Shown: one piece after another, positions 38,101 to 51,368 of the stretch
How positions within the stretch are numbered: the stretch's first letter is position 1
Layout of the letters: each line of letters opens with the position of its first letter
Assembly: GCA_043228905.1 (NCBI GenBank)
Contig: JBHGNT010000002.1
Coordinates: forward strand, 22,568,001-22,632,000
Reading direction: 5' to 3'
DNA length: 64,000 nt
From: Azolla caroliniana
Taxonomy: Eukaryota; Plantae; Polypodiophyta
Program-made: the position numbers and the translations under genes
Notes under the pieces: model-generated
The model's input: the letters and a program-made list of their open reading frames with translations, nothing else
The model's database searches: none
What the model was told of the DNA's origin: nothing

Positions 38101-38659
38101 CCCTTTCATTGCCTTCAAAATGAGTTTTGAAACTATTCCTTATCTACCCTCCTTCATGTAATAGTGTCGTAATCTAGGTTTGTTATTGAGTTAATTATTT
38201 AATCTTAGTTCCTTTCCTTTGTTGACATTAAACTATCCTTGTGTTGTTTTTACTTTGTTTAGTTTATATTGTAGCCTCCTTTTCAAATTATGGTAAATTC
38301 AATCTCTCAAATAATGAGCAACAACTATAACTAGTGACTTTTAGCATACATGAATGCATGCATTTACCTTGTTTGTGTCTAGAATGCCAATGCCTATTCT
38401 CTTTTTCTCGATAAAATGGGCAAAGAAACATGATAAAAGGAGCTTGGTCAAGCCAATTTACACTACATAACATGTTACCTATCACCCAGTACATCATAAT
38501 GGAAGAGACTTGACTCCACGGAAAAAGTCTTTATTGTTTCTTTGTAGATTGAAAAATGTCCTTGGAATGTAGGGCAAAACCTTGGTAGACATAACAACTA
38601 ATAGGGAAAAGTACCAAGATACCCCTGGAAGTTCGTCTATTTACCAGAATGCCCCTAAA

Positions 38660-40260
38660 TAATAATCTATTAACTCCCTATGAGCAAGTGGGATGTATGT
38701 AAAAAGTGCATCACAATTTCTCCTATAAGTTTGGAAGTTGTGTTGGGTCTACTCTTATATCCTCTATTGGGCTTATACATAGATAAGATAGAAGCTTTCA
38801 TTCTGATTGTAGCACAAAGTGAATAATTCTCTTCATTGTCTTTGGGAAAACTCTTAGTTATACTAATTCTTTAGACGGTTAGTGTGATTCATGCTCTTTC
38901 AAATATGTTAGGCATCAAGGTTCTCCACAATCATAATTGGGGCACGATGTTATTTGATCGTAGATTAGGCAAGTCATTTACGAATCCAAATGCAATCTCA
39001 AAAACCTCCATAAATGGTTGACAATGGGTCAACATTTCATTGGTAATTCAATACGTTCTATATGTGGTGTAGGTTTAGGGAGGTAATATACCCTCTTTTA
39101 GATGGAACAACATTGAGAAAATAAAAACGATATTTCTATATTGTGATATTTCTGTTTAGATGATTCTTCTTGAAACAAATGAGAGATCTGCATTGAGAAA
39201 CCTATAGTGAAGTGATTGGATGCACCATCCAACCACATCTTCGCAACCCTATACCATTTAATGCAAGGAGGACAATCATTCTCTTCCATATTCATAGTCA
39301 TGACCTCAAAATCAAGGCTGGAACTTGGCAAGAACTAGATAGGGTGCATTGTATTGGCACACTTTGTCCTAATTGAGAGATTGAAGTTGAGGAGCATCTC
39401 ACATTTCTTTCTGAAGCATTCATGACTACCTGACAAACTTTCACACCATCAATTATTGCACCCATCAATTTCACACGACTTCCTTGAGTTGGACACACTA
39501 ACCCGTATCTCTTAGGCATATATTATGTATACTCTACTTATACATAGATGTGAGTCATGACCTTAAAAAGTTGCATACATGACATCTATTGAAATGATAT
39601 TCACTAATTTGTGCATCTGAAAACATTTCTGACTAACTACACGAATTTACTAGATGCCACTAATTGTATGACCTTCTATTTGGCATCGTCCAATTACATT
39701 GGAAGCAAGTAAAACTTTCAATAATTTGAGTTTCGAATGATTGTAGTTCTTGTGCATGAAGGGTTGGGGACATGGAGTGCATTGGTTTGATGCCTTGCTA
39801 CATTAATTGGTGTATCATGCTTTTTAGCAATACCAATGTATTAAGATATGTTGTATCGATCTTTAAAAGTTAAAACCATCTTATGATTTGAACAAACAAG
39901 CCATAGTCACCTATATAGGCTGGAGCCCATCCCATGTGTGTTGTCTTTCTCCACAATTGCTTCCATGTGACTTTGCTCATATCCTCTTTGATCTGATGCA
40001 TTGTGTTGGGACACTCGCAAGGAGACAATAAATTGGACATGTTTTGTTTCCAACAATGTCACGAATCTAATCATCACACGCTACTACTCTGCTCCACCAT
40101 CTATCATCATCGATTTTGTTTCCCCTAGAATTTCAACACTCGCCAGTCTTTGTACGCACTCTTTTTTGAATCACAGTGTGCACTCTTAATGGAAACATTG
40201 AATAATAAATTTCGTGAACATCAATAGTCACTTAAGAACTCCATATCGAACATGTGAAAA
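38660..40260 (-). mobile_element. Ancient Gypsy gag/protease/RT-start remnant
   Basis: MWLDGASNHF (decayed protease-like motif) in ORF 39098..39331, with a heavily mutated context. Boundaries approximate. Confidence 0.4.
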
Positions 40261-41430
40261 TGTTTCACTTTGGTCCTATACGTTTATTTGACATCTAAGG
40301 ACAATAATAATCTCTCTCTCTAGGTACATTCCCATGGCACATAAATCCTTGGTTGGAAGACCCCACTATCATCTATGCTTTAATTCTTCTTGAATGGTAC
40401 ATTCTTAGCTTGATTCTTCCATGGAACAAATTATGGCTCTACTCCCTCCCTCCCTCCCTCCCTCCCTCCCTCTCTCTCCATGAAGGAAAATAGATGCTTG
40501 ACATCTCCATGTGGTTCCAAAAAAGGGATGCACATCACCTCCTAAAAGTTCAAAGGACCCTACCAACACCGATGAGTTTTTCTTCAAATGACATGGTCCT
40601 AAAGAAACATGGACAATAAATGTAAAGGACAATGTTTTGCATGGCATTTGTGAGCTTCATGTTTGCAATTTGTGAAGATGGTTTATCTTTAGAACCAATA
40701 AAATTGTCGTAGGAGAACATATTAAAAAAGTGCATGCATTTAAGGGTCAAACCCGGGAAACTCATCTCCGTGTCGATTGAACTCCAGATTTCTATAATCC
40801 TTTGTTTTCTCAACTCTACTTGCCACGCTATTAATTTTTTTCATTCACTTAATTTTTTTTCTCAAAATTCTCAAATCATATCTTTATTCTAAAAGGTTCC
40901 AACGAGGTAAATATTGTCAATGAGTTGCAATTTACAAGGTATAAAATGTAATGCATAAAGAAGCTCGAGTCACATTCTCCAAATGTGAAAGAACTCCAAT
41001 GAGCGAATTTTCGTTTCCACTTTCCAATGCATTTACGTATGCAATTCTGTTATGAGACAAGAGATACATAAATGTACTCACTCGAGCTCGTCTAACAATG
41101 CAAAACTCTTTGTCTCAGTCTCTCTCTACTAGTAACTACGAATAAATGAGATATTGGTAATGTTTAAGGTTTACCTAAGGTCCTCTAACAGAAGAAATCT
41201 ATCCTTCTTTTTGAGGCGGATAACAAGAGGGATCCTTGGAATAAAAACAAGAAAGTTGCTACGATTCGAGGGGCTACGCGAATCGAGCGCCTGCGTTGCG
41301 ACATTACTGTCGGCTTATTCTACGACATGATGTCTTTCGGAAGGGGTGGGTAAAAAGGTCGGTTTTTCGTGAACAGTGAGGGGGGCACGAAATGTTAAGA
41401 ATGAATGAGTCTAAATACATATACATATAG

Positions 41431-41432
<2 letters not shown>

Positions 41433-41515
<83 letters not shown>
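41433..41515 (+). repeat. (AG)n microsatellite, ~41 units, upstream of the TPD1-like gene
   Basis: Directly visible. Confidence 0.97.
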
Positions 41516-41517
<2 letters not shown>

Positions 41518-41799
41518 AAATCCCTATCAAGCCAATGCAAGGTAATACCCTTGTGTGTTTCTTAGGATTGTTGTGTAAAAGACAAGACTCACCACCCAAA
41601 GGGGTAGAGCTAGCACTTTGTGCATAACACACACACACATGTTTGTGTTGATTCATAAAGAGAAAGGAAGAAGAAGATTTGTTGTACATTACAAAAAAGC
41701 AAATTTTACCTCCTTTTATTATATACATACAACAACACTACTACTACTACTCTGTTTTCCATTCTTCATCCTCTTCCTCTTCCTCTTCCACTTCCCCTG

Positions 41800-41837
<38 letters not shown>

Positions 41838-41963
41838 GTATATGTATATGTATGTATTTACACATTTACATATTGTTTGTTAGTTTCATTTATTTATTTT
41901 GGCTTATGGAATGATGCAGAGTTACTCTCTCCTCTGCATTCTATTCCTTTGCTTCACACCATC

Positions 41964-44206
41964 ATGTGCACCACTACTGCCTTGCCTTCTTTCCTCTTCC
42001 TCCTCTTCTTCATTCTCTTGGTTAAAGTTCATACAGGTAATTTCTGGTTTCCCCTCTCTCTCTCTCTCTCATTTGATTTCTAAATAGAACTGCCTTGTAT
42101 TAATCCTACCTTCTTCTGTCTTTTTTCTTTTTTCCTTTATTGGTGTTGTCATGCGAGCTGTATAGTTTAGTTTCTATCTAAGTGACATTTTCTTTGCCCT
42201 TTTTTTTGCATACATACTTGTATGTATGTGTGTATGCGGGAATGTACTAACGTATGTATGTATGTACTACCTATATATTCACTTAGGTATGTGCATATAA
42301 TAAAGATATGTATGTATATATGTGTGCATGCTCATGCATCTATATGAATGTTATGGATGCATTTCTTTATGTATATATGTATGTACATATATCTACGTGT
42401 ATATGTATGCATACATGTGTTTATTGTTTTATGTAAATGACATTTATATGGTAAGTACGTATAATATATGTATGTATCTCTATCTATGTGTCGAATATTG
42501 CAGAGCTTAATAAGGAAGAAAGTAAATATATATATTTTTATGATTCTTTAAATGTGTGCTTTTATTTTTGAAGGCTGGAGCATCTTGAGGTGTGATATAG
42601 TGGTTCCTTCTGATACCACTAGAGTAGAGGAGGAGTATAATAATCATAATAATAATTTTAGCATCAGACAAGATACTAGAACCGATGTTTCATCTTCTTC
42701 TTGGAGGTGGAGGAGCTCTCGGCGAATGCTGTATGATTGGTGGAAGAAACCAAGTAAGATCCTCTTTCCCCTTTTCTTTCCATATATGTACTTCTCAAAG
42801 AATCATGAGAGCACTCATGGTATAAATAGTATGAGAACTATGCCGTCTAAATTGTTTGATAAAATGTGGATCGAGAGATTAAATGACAAGGAAAAGTGTC
42901 GTGTCTTGAGAGATAAGAAAAGCTAAGGTAAATGTTGAGAGAAATAAGATAAGAAGAAGAATGCCAAGAGAAAAAGCTAAAATGTCGGAAGAATCGAGGT
43001 AAGAAGAATGGCGAGAAAAAAAGCTAAGAAGAATGTCGAGAAACCTAATAAGAAGAATGCTTAAAGAAAACTAAGAGAATGTTGATGGAACCTAAAGCAT
43101 GTTGAGGAAAACTAAGAAGAATATTTCTAGGAATACTAAGAAGAATGTCTTGAGGAAAACTAAGAAGCATATCAAGGTTCGAGAAAAACTAAAATGCTAA
43201 GCATTGTTGTTTATGAGCATATGATTGGAGTAAATGCTATATGAGCATATGATTTGGGGGTTGCACAATTATCCTTCAACAAGTTATATGATACTCACAT
43301 AGAGTTGAGACCTTTTAATGTTTTAAGTTTTTAGGGTCAATGTTTGAGGTTTAGAGTCTAGGATTTTGGGAACGTGAAGAAAAATGATCTCTTTTCTTAT
43401 TACATTTAGATTCTTTTGCATTTAAAAGATACTTAGGATGGGCAATTTAGCATTGATTCTTCATTTTGATGTTGAAACTTTGTATATATTAAATGCTTAA
43501 TATGGGTTCCTCACTACCATGGACTGTTCTCTTTTTTTGTGAAACTGCGTGTGCGGTAATTTAGAGTTTTCTGCATTCAAAACCTTGCTTAGGATGGGCA
43601 ATGCAGTATTGATTCTTCATCTAGACTTTGAAACTATGTTATATACTGAATGCTTAACATGGGCTGTTCCCTTATTTTGTGAAGTTGATCGTTCAGTAAT
43701 TTGGATTATTGTGGATTTTTAAAACCTTAGGATGGGCAACGCAGGATTGATTCTTCTTCTAAATGTCAAAACCTATGGTATATAATAAACACTTAATATG
43801 AAGGTTACTGCAATAAAAGTTTGTGTTTTGAAAACTCAGAGTGACTAGAAAAAAGAGTTCATTTAATATAAATGTAAGTTGTAAGCTTGGGATTGGTGGG
43901 GATGCAGAGTGCACCGACAGAGACATAGGCATATCACAAAGCCGGGAAACAACGAGTGGGGTGCCTCAATTCATTGTGGAGATCTATACAACGTGCACGA
44001 ACGATTGTGAACCGTCGGATGTGCATCTCAAGTGTGAATGGTTTGCATCAACAGCGGTTGTGAACCCCAGAATATTCCGTCGGGTCGCCTTCAATGATTG
44101 CCTGGTGAATGGGGGCCGTCCGATTCCTCGGGGTCAAATTCTTCGCTTTGCTTACGAGAATTCCTTCATGTATAGCCTCTCCTTCAAGTCAGCAAAGTTT
44201 TGTTAA
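41964..44206 (+). CDS. TPD1-like: TAPETUM DETERMINANT1-like secreted cysteine-rich protein, 3 exons (~183 aa)
   Basis: Exons 41964-42036 (signal peptide MCTTTALPSFLFLLFFILLVKVHTG), 42574-42753 (...SRRML) and 43908-44206 (CTDRDIGISQ...GVPQFIVEIYTTC...SDVHLKCEWFAST.VVNPRIFRR...DCLVNGG). Phases are consistent; the last acceptor is G-rich and less certain. Confidence 0.88.
42880..43200 (+). repeat. Degenerate ~23-bp purine-rich tandem repeat (AAGCTAAGAAGAATGTCGAGAAA) in TPD1-like intron 2
   Basis: CTAAGAAGAAT and variants recur about ten times. Confidence 0.75.
43431..43800 (+). repeat. Three diverged ~140-155 bp tandem copies in TPD1-like intron 2
   Basis: CTTAGGATGGGCAA...ATTGATTCTTC...CTTAAYATG at ~43432, ~43588 and ~43726. 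Confidence 0.85.
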
Positions 44207-45199
44207 AAGAAGAACGGTCTCTATTTATACTTGGATACAATTATATGTAGATGCCAAAAGTTTTGATCGATCATTTAACTTAGCGGGATGTTGTTGTTGA
44301 ACTTTACCTAACCTAACCAAACCAAACTGGGTTAGATGAAATCCGTCATCCGAATGAGATGTGTTCAGTTCGCACGTTAATAAACCTGAATGGATACCAT
44401 TATGTGCATTGACATATTGCTACTTTTCAAGTGTCTCCATGACTGTATTATTATATAGGCTCTCTGTAGCCATTATTACATAGTGGTGAACTACTTATAT
44501 GGTATACCAAGTTTGTTAGTTTCCTTTTTTTTTTGTGTGTGTAGCACTCAGCCCTAACAATGAGAGAAGGGTTCTTTCTTTACTGTGGAATAATTAAATT
44601 AGTCTATATGTAGTCCATTCAAAAGTAGAAGCTGGGGTAAGAAGTTTACTGGGAAAAATCAAGAATTGGAGCAGAAAAGATTAATTCCCTATTTTTCGAG
44701 GTTACATTTAATGTTTGAAAATGGAGACAAACACAAATTAGTCGTTCTTTAATGTGAAATTGGGGCCCTATCTTTATGCTCACAACGCAGTTTTTTCTAT
44801 CAGTCAAGTGATATATATTAGATGATTTGCATTGGTAATTGATAGCATTCCCTTATATTAAGTCTTGATGCACTCTGCATTGGTAATACATATTTAAATC
44901 TCTAAAGTTTGAACTTTAAAAGAGTAGCTGAAATCCTCATAACTACTTAAGACTTACCTTGTTTTCATCACATTTCTTATAATGTGTGATCTTAATCAAA
45001 GTCTACTATTTCTTCCACCGGCATAAGTATAATTCTCAAATGAATTTGTGTCTTGCAAAATTGTTGACTATTTGAAACAATTCCCTATACATAGTATCTT
45101 AGACACAAAATATTCACTATAACTAAATGCTCACTTATTTAAATCTTGAAATAATTTAGAAGAGACTTGATAACGATTAAAAGAGTTGCACTACAAAAA

Positions 45200-47240
45200 A
45201 ATCCATTGAGTGGGTGATCATGATTTCTACCATTTTTTGTGTGCAAAGGATTCTACCTTGTTGGGCAAAACTGAATTGAGATTTTTATGTCAAAATGCTT
45301 GAGCACATAGTTCCTAGTTTCAAAATAAACTATTGCCCATGATCATTGATAATGTCATTGAGGAACCCATCATGCTTGAATACTTATTGCATAAGAATAT
45401 CAATTATCTCATTATTATTGATAGCTTAGCATATTAAAGGAAACATCCCACCTTAGTGATTGATTCACCACTTACAACATGAAACCTTTGAAAATTTGGA
45501 TGAAATCTAAAGAAAGATTTCCATGGATTGTTTGGAATCCACAATGGTTACCACAATCCAAACGAGCAATATCAAGTTATCTTAGACACCACAAGTGTGA
45601 ATATTGTTTTCAATGACCTTACGAAACTTTTTGCATGTGATGCAATGGATAGAGCTCGCTCTATGAAGGTAGTCATGTGTTGGGTTGCCTCGGTCATTGT
45701 ATTCTAGGTGGTGGCGAAGATGTCTCATTTTGGGTGAGGGAGGGTTACTAAGATAGTTATTTGTTGGTTAGGACAAGTCAATGCCATGGGTAACTTTCTT
45801 ACCCACCACACAAATTTGCACAAAGGATTTCAATGTCATCCTTCTTTTGCTATGCAAAATAAGTATTGTCATTCTCCCATTTTGTGTACTCGTGATTCAT
45901 GTAATGGGCCATTTGGGTAACCACCACATGAGATCAAGGGTTGAGCAGGTGCAAATTGTGGCAAACTTGTTTGTCTGTTGCTGCAAGAATGGTTGACTTA
46001 GTGTAGTCGTGCTTGATCTTCACCTTTCAATGTTGGAATGTGATCGTAGTTTATTGTCTATTAGGTTTGATGGGATCCATTGTCACTAGGATTGGCTCAA
46101 CAACAATTAGTATGTTCTAGCATTGGGAAGACGAAGCACGATACAAAAGATATGGAAAGGGTAAAATGCAAGGATGGAAAAAGGTTTGAGACCATAGTAC
46201 ATAAAATTCTTATTCGTCTAGCATAACATTCGTTTTACTACGTCAGAAAACGAATGCGAATGTTATTCAAACATTCTTGTTTTTTTTTGTTTTTTTCCCT
46301 TTTTTTAGGTTTTTATTTACCTCATAATAAATAGTTCATCCAAACGTATGGTATTTACCATACTCGAATGCACGTATGGTACGCATGGTTCATACTATGG
46401 TTGAGACCAATCAAGCATGTGGATCTACAATGTAGAGCCATAATAGACACTTGTCCCAAGTTGTGAGGTGGAGTTATGAACATGTCTACTTGCTAATGAT
46501 GTTGATGGTAGAGCCACCATTGCGACCACCTTTGAGACATCATCATGGCTGTGGATTTTGAAGTTAATGACCAACAATTGTTCAGATGTCCAAAATGGCT
46601 GAGCCATAAATAAGGTTTATGATGGTCATGAAAGGCATGTCATTAAATTGTGGTGTAAGAGTTGTTGAAGATGGATGGACAACTCATATTCCACAAGGGT
46701 TTATTGTTGGTGGGTCTCCTTAATTGGTCATATCAAGAGATGGTCTATTTGGGTCCATTGTTAAGCCCACAAATTTATTGCATTCCGCCATAGAGTGCAC
46801 CAATTATTGCTATTGTCCAAGATCACAATTAGTTTGATATTGTTGATGTTCACATCATGGACTCATTCTTGCCCATGCTAAAAAATACACGTTCTTTGGA
46901 GCTCTTGGAACAACTACATTCATAGTGGGTGAGCTCTCAAAGAAAAGTTTTTTACTTTTTCATCTTGTTTCTAAGGTAAGTTTGGAATCAATGGAATTAG
47001 CCACATAGCCTTTTTGTGGAATGTATTCTCAATGATAATCAAACAAAGGCTTTGATTTTTGGCCAAACACACAACGTATCACATTGTCGTTATTGCTCTT
47101 ACGATGTCTACAATCCAGTTGCCCCAATCAGATGTTTGGCCCTTCTCTGAAGTACATCCAATCAAGGGTCATTCTCTTCCAACACACTCAACATATTTTG
47201 TCCACCTCGTCGATGGCAAATGTTAACTTCTTATACTTTT
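45200..47240 (-). mobile_element. Ancient Gypsy remnant(s): integrase-like and Zn-knuckle-like traces
   Basis: Minus-strand VFKHDGFLNDIINDHGQ near 45330-45390 resembles the chromoviral IN motif VFKxHGLPxxIISDRG. Cys/His knuckle traces near 45800 and 46800. Confidence 0.4.
46193..46399. mobile_element. Small hAT-type MITE
   Basis: TIR CATAGTA...TACTATG, flanked by an 8-bp near-TSD TTTGAGAC (46185-46192) / GTTGAGAC (46400-46407). Confidence 0.6.
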
Positions 47241-47902
47241 TTATATAATTATTTCATCGGGGCTCATTGTGTTATAGTGATTCGTGCTTGCGTGAGCCTG
47301 GATTTCAATTTCTATGAAGGGCAAAAAAAATAAAATTGAGCTTGGGCATATATAATCTCTTGGCTGTGATTGATGGAAGCCACGAAAGGGCGCATGCTTA
47401 TGTGGCAAAGGATACTGTGGCCATAACAGCCAAGGGATTGCTTTGGGCAATTTGTCAGACCAAGCATGGGTACAGGCCACGATAGGAACCCATATTGAAG
47501 TGGCACGAAATCGCAACATAGCTCTCGTGTCGGTGTGTGTTTGTTAGCCAGCGGTCACGTGCTCACCATGGAAACTTATGAAGAAACTACTAGGGCCACA
47601 ACTTAGATGTGAGAGCACACACAAAGCCTAAAGCCCTAAGCCCTAAACCCTAACAATTAAGGAGAAGCATAAATTTGGGAGAACAGAGTACTCTGTTTCA
47701 CCTCATTAGTTTAAGTCAGGAGGCAGACAGAGAGAGAGAGAGAGAGAGAGGTAAAGAGAGAGTAATTCTCTCTCCCCTCTGTTTTTCTTTTTTGCCAATG
47801 ATGATGTCCTCACACACAGAGGCGGACATGTTAAAGAGATGCCATGCCATTGGCCATGGATGAAATTGTTCCTCTGCTTTCTGTCTCTTCACAGAGACAG
47901 AT

Positions 47903-47941
<39 letters not shown>

Positions 47942-48859
47942 GAGGGCCCTCCTTAGATAGCTGTGCTAGAACGGGGGTAATGACGATGAAACAGATAAGA
48001 AGCTGTGACTGATTGGACCTTTCTTTTGGGGATTAGATCTTATAAAGAAGTTAGAAACCCAACCATCGATGGTGATGTTTAAGCATTGTGCCTGGAGCTT
48101 TCTTTTGGCTCCTCGCTTTTGCTTCAATGATGCCCATGGTTTTGCCTTTCTTTCTCTCTTTAATTTATTCCCCCATTAAATCTCCAAACAGGAAGATTAT
48201 ATATACAAAAAAGGCGAATCTGAGCCCTCAAACTTGTGCAGGTTATCTTTTCAGGTTTGATGTCTTCTGCATTTCGCTTGAAAATGCAGAGAAAGCAATT
48301 GAAATTTTTGAGTCTTTTGCCATGATATAAATAATAAAATGTAGTGTGAACAGATGCATTCGTTTTTTCTATTGCTTCTCATGATACTAGAAATCATCAG
48401 ATCTGGAGTGTAAAAGTGTTTCTTTAGAATTTTGCAATACGTTGAATCATCTCTTATGTATCTAAAGGCCGTTGTGTCATGGTTTAGAAATGCATTGAAG
48501 AGAAATGCTCTTAGGTGCAATTCTAATTGTTTTCACAACCCTAGAAATGCTTTGGAAACCGTCCTTGGTGTCTCATAGTATGCAAATCACATTTGTTTCA
48601 ACCTTCGAATTATGTATACATAATAACAGTTGTGAGAGAGCTACTGCTTGGTATGGAATGTGTTGCTATTTTTATTTTGCTTTTTATTTAGTTAAGCTCA
48701 AAAGTCGTCACAAGATTGTTAGCTTTTTGTTGTATATTTATTGCACCAGAAACTACTATTGTTCTGGTGGATTTTGTTGATTTGGATTAGGAAACAAAAT
48801 AACTATTGCTAATCAACAAATGTTTCCCATTGATGGGTACCGCCTACCATCATGTGTGA

Positions 48860-49680
48860 GCTATTGTGAAGGAGATGCAAGGAGCTTTGTTGGGGTAAAA
48901 GGTTTCCAATTATCTTTTGAATTGTCATTGTCGTAATCTAATATGATTCCAAATGGATTTCATGTTGGAACTGAACGGATATACAGGAATTTATGACATG
49001 AGCCAAAGAAGGGATTGCTTGCAAAGACAGAGAATTCTGCATTTGATTTGATTTAATTACTCGGCAATTGTTTTTTATTCTCCTCTTTTAAGTCATTGAT
49101 CATGCAATACATCAATGGGTTCATATGACCATGATATGAATCATGGTTCATATCCTTATGGTTTTGAATCAATCAATAAATGGGTTCATACCTCAGGCTC
49201 ATATCCTCATTATTTCAATCAATCCACAGCTATTATGAAGAGGATGCAAGGAGCTTTGTTGAGTGAAAAGGTTTCCAAATTGCTTCAAAATTTCATCATT
49301 CTTGGCAAATTTGTGTGAGTCCATATTCTCATATTCTCATAATCTCAATCAATCCATAGTTATTGTGAAGAGGATGCAATGATGTTCGATGGGAGAAATT
49401 GCTTCAAAATTCATCATTATAGCAATTTTGTATGGGTCCAAAGGAATATCATAATGGAATTCAACCATGTACAAGAATTTATGTCATGGGCAAACGAAGA
49501 AATTACTTTCAAGAACAAACAAATCAATGTACTTGATTCTAATTAATTGCTTGGCGATTAACTGTCTTGATTCGTTTTTTTAAAGTAATTTCTCATGCAA
49601 TCAATCAATCAATGGGTTCATCGTTATAGTCTTGAAGCAATCAAACAATGGGTTCATATGAATAATCCATTTGTTCATGT
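48860..49680 (+). repeat. Diverged local tandem duplication (~490-bp period, with a partial third copy)
   Basis: ATTGTGAAG-GATGCAA at ~48863, ~49232 and ~49362; GAATTTATG-CATG at ~48987 and ~49475; CATGCAAT..ATCAATGGGTTCAT at ~49101 and ~49594. Confidence 0.7.
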
Positions 49681-50975
49681 CCTCATCTCAACCTATCAAA
49701 TGTTTCTATTCTCTTCATCTCAAACAATCTATGGATTGTAGATTTTAAATCTATTTAGATTGGTAGGCTTGAGTTTTGATTCTAATGATCAGGGACGTAA
49801 ACCAAGCTGTTTGGTTATCTCTATGTTTTACATCAATAGGGTAACTAAAATTTATGTTCTGAATCCAGCATAACTTGAAGCTGATCGAGGACCGAATCAG
49901 TAAAATTAATTATTTGGTTTGAATGAATTATGTAATGGGTTTGTTTATGTGTATCGTATATGCAAAGCACAAAGCTTTTGTTGATCTGCACTCTCATTAT
50001 GATAATACATGTAGCTGGGCGTTGTTAATTCTTTGGGCATGAAAGATCTATGTGCAAATACTTTGTATGAATGATCATTATGTAATCATGAAAAATTGAC
50101 CCAGGAGTCTTTTACATTGGGCCCCTTCACTACTATTCAAGAGAAGATAAAGTCATTATAGTTGGTTCCTTCTCTTCATAATTGTTTCTCATTGTGTTGT
50201 CCAAGGCTCTGCTGCTGCAACAAAACAATACTGTGCTCCAGTGATTGTATTTTGTCGATGCACTCTCATGTTCAAATGAATGCTAATTAAGAGGCATCTG
50301 CCGGGTAGAGTTTTGGAGTATGCATTGTACTAATCGGTTGCCCAGCCCATTCTAGGAGATGATAGAGAATGCGGGGATTTGAACCCATGACGTTGTATTG
50401 TGTTGATATCCACACCTTTTATGACTTGGTTCTCAATTACATCTATTGAATGGCTAACCATATGAATTGATTTTACCTCCCCTTAGGAATTTTAGGACAT
50501 GGGATCGCTTTTATGACATGGATCAATTGATGTAAAAAGGGCAACTCCCCTTTGACTTGGGGGTTTCTACGAAACTCTTATCTATGGGTTATATGGGGTG
50601 AGTTTTGATATTCCAAATCGGATTGGGATTAGTTTCCCAAAAAGGGTATCATGATCTTAATAGATTGGTATGGAAATCAGAAAGTTGCTCTTTGGGGATT
50701 CATTCCCAATCCAATGGGAAAATAATGGAAACTCAGGTCAGGCGCTTAAAGCCCCCAAAAAAAAAACCCTAGGAGGGGTTTTAGTTTTTTATTTTTTTTA
50801 AAGGTCCAAATAATGGAAGCTGTTATGTTATGATGATGAGACAGTCAGAAATTTTCAAGGGCATTGGGGTTTAGATAAGAAAGTGAAAAAGGAAGGGGGG
50901 GGGGGTGTAGATGGCAAAAAGGAATGGTGAGGGGTAGACGATGAAAGGGAGAGGGGGCAGAAGTGAGGAGGAAGC

Positions 50976-51164
50976 CTCCTTACATTAAGTAGTCAGGTAC
51001 TTTACATTAAGTCGTCAGTCCGAAAGGCGATGTAACTAGTCTCATTTTCTTGAACCTGATCGGAGGTAGATTCCCCGTTCTATGTATAAGCCTCCCTATA
51101 GAGTCTCTTTGTAATAATCGTTCCTAACTAATGGGAAAGTAGCTTCATTTTGGAAAAAGAAAGA
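50976..51164 (+). mobile_element. 189-bp retroposed insertion (SINE or 5'-truncated LINE-like) with 17-bp TSD
   Basis: AGAAGTGAGGAGGAAGC at 50959-50975 and 51165-51181; A-rich 3' end GGAAAAAGAAAGA. Confidence 0.75.
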
Positions 51165-51368
51165 AGAAGTGAGGAGGAAGCAGATAGATTTGAGGGGCAG
51201 CAGTAGAAATGGATGGAAAAGCACTCAAAAAAGAGAGAGAGATATAACGGAAAAGGTGAATGCAATTTGGGAGAGATAACAGGGAAGAGACAGGACAGGA
51301 CAGGAGAAGAGGGTAGGCAGGGAGGTCCATTTTTTTTTCTTAGCTTTCACCGCTGGTTTGATCACACC

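Noticed and set aside
47800-48120. Known miRNA precursor (miR160/156/529-like words)
   Set aside because: No convincing 20-21 nt match to mature sequences I recall and no long fold-back.
50360-50395. tRNA gene or SINE (minus-strand GGTTCAAATCC B-box; similar near 32050)
   Set aside because: No cloverleaf, A box or TSD discernible; at most SINE debris.
50980-51040. Possible hammerhead ribozyme on minus strand (CTGACGA core, TTACATC/AATGTAA pairing)
   Set aside because: No stem II followed by GAAA after CUGACGA, so the core is incomplete. It would need an Infernal search to revive.
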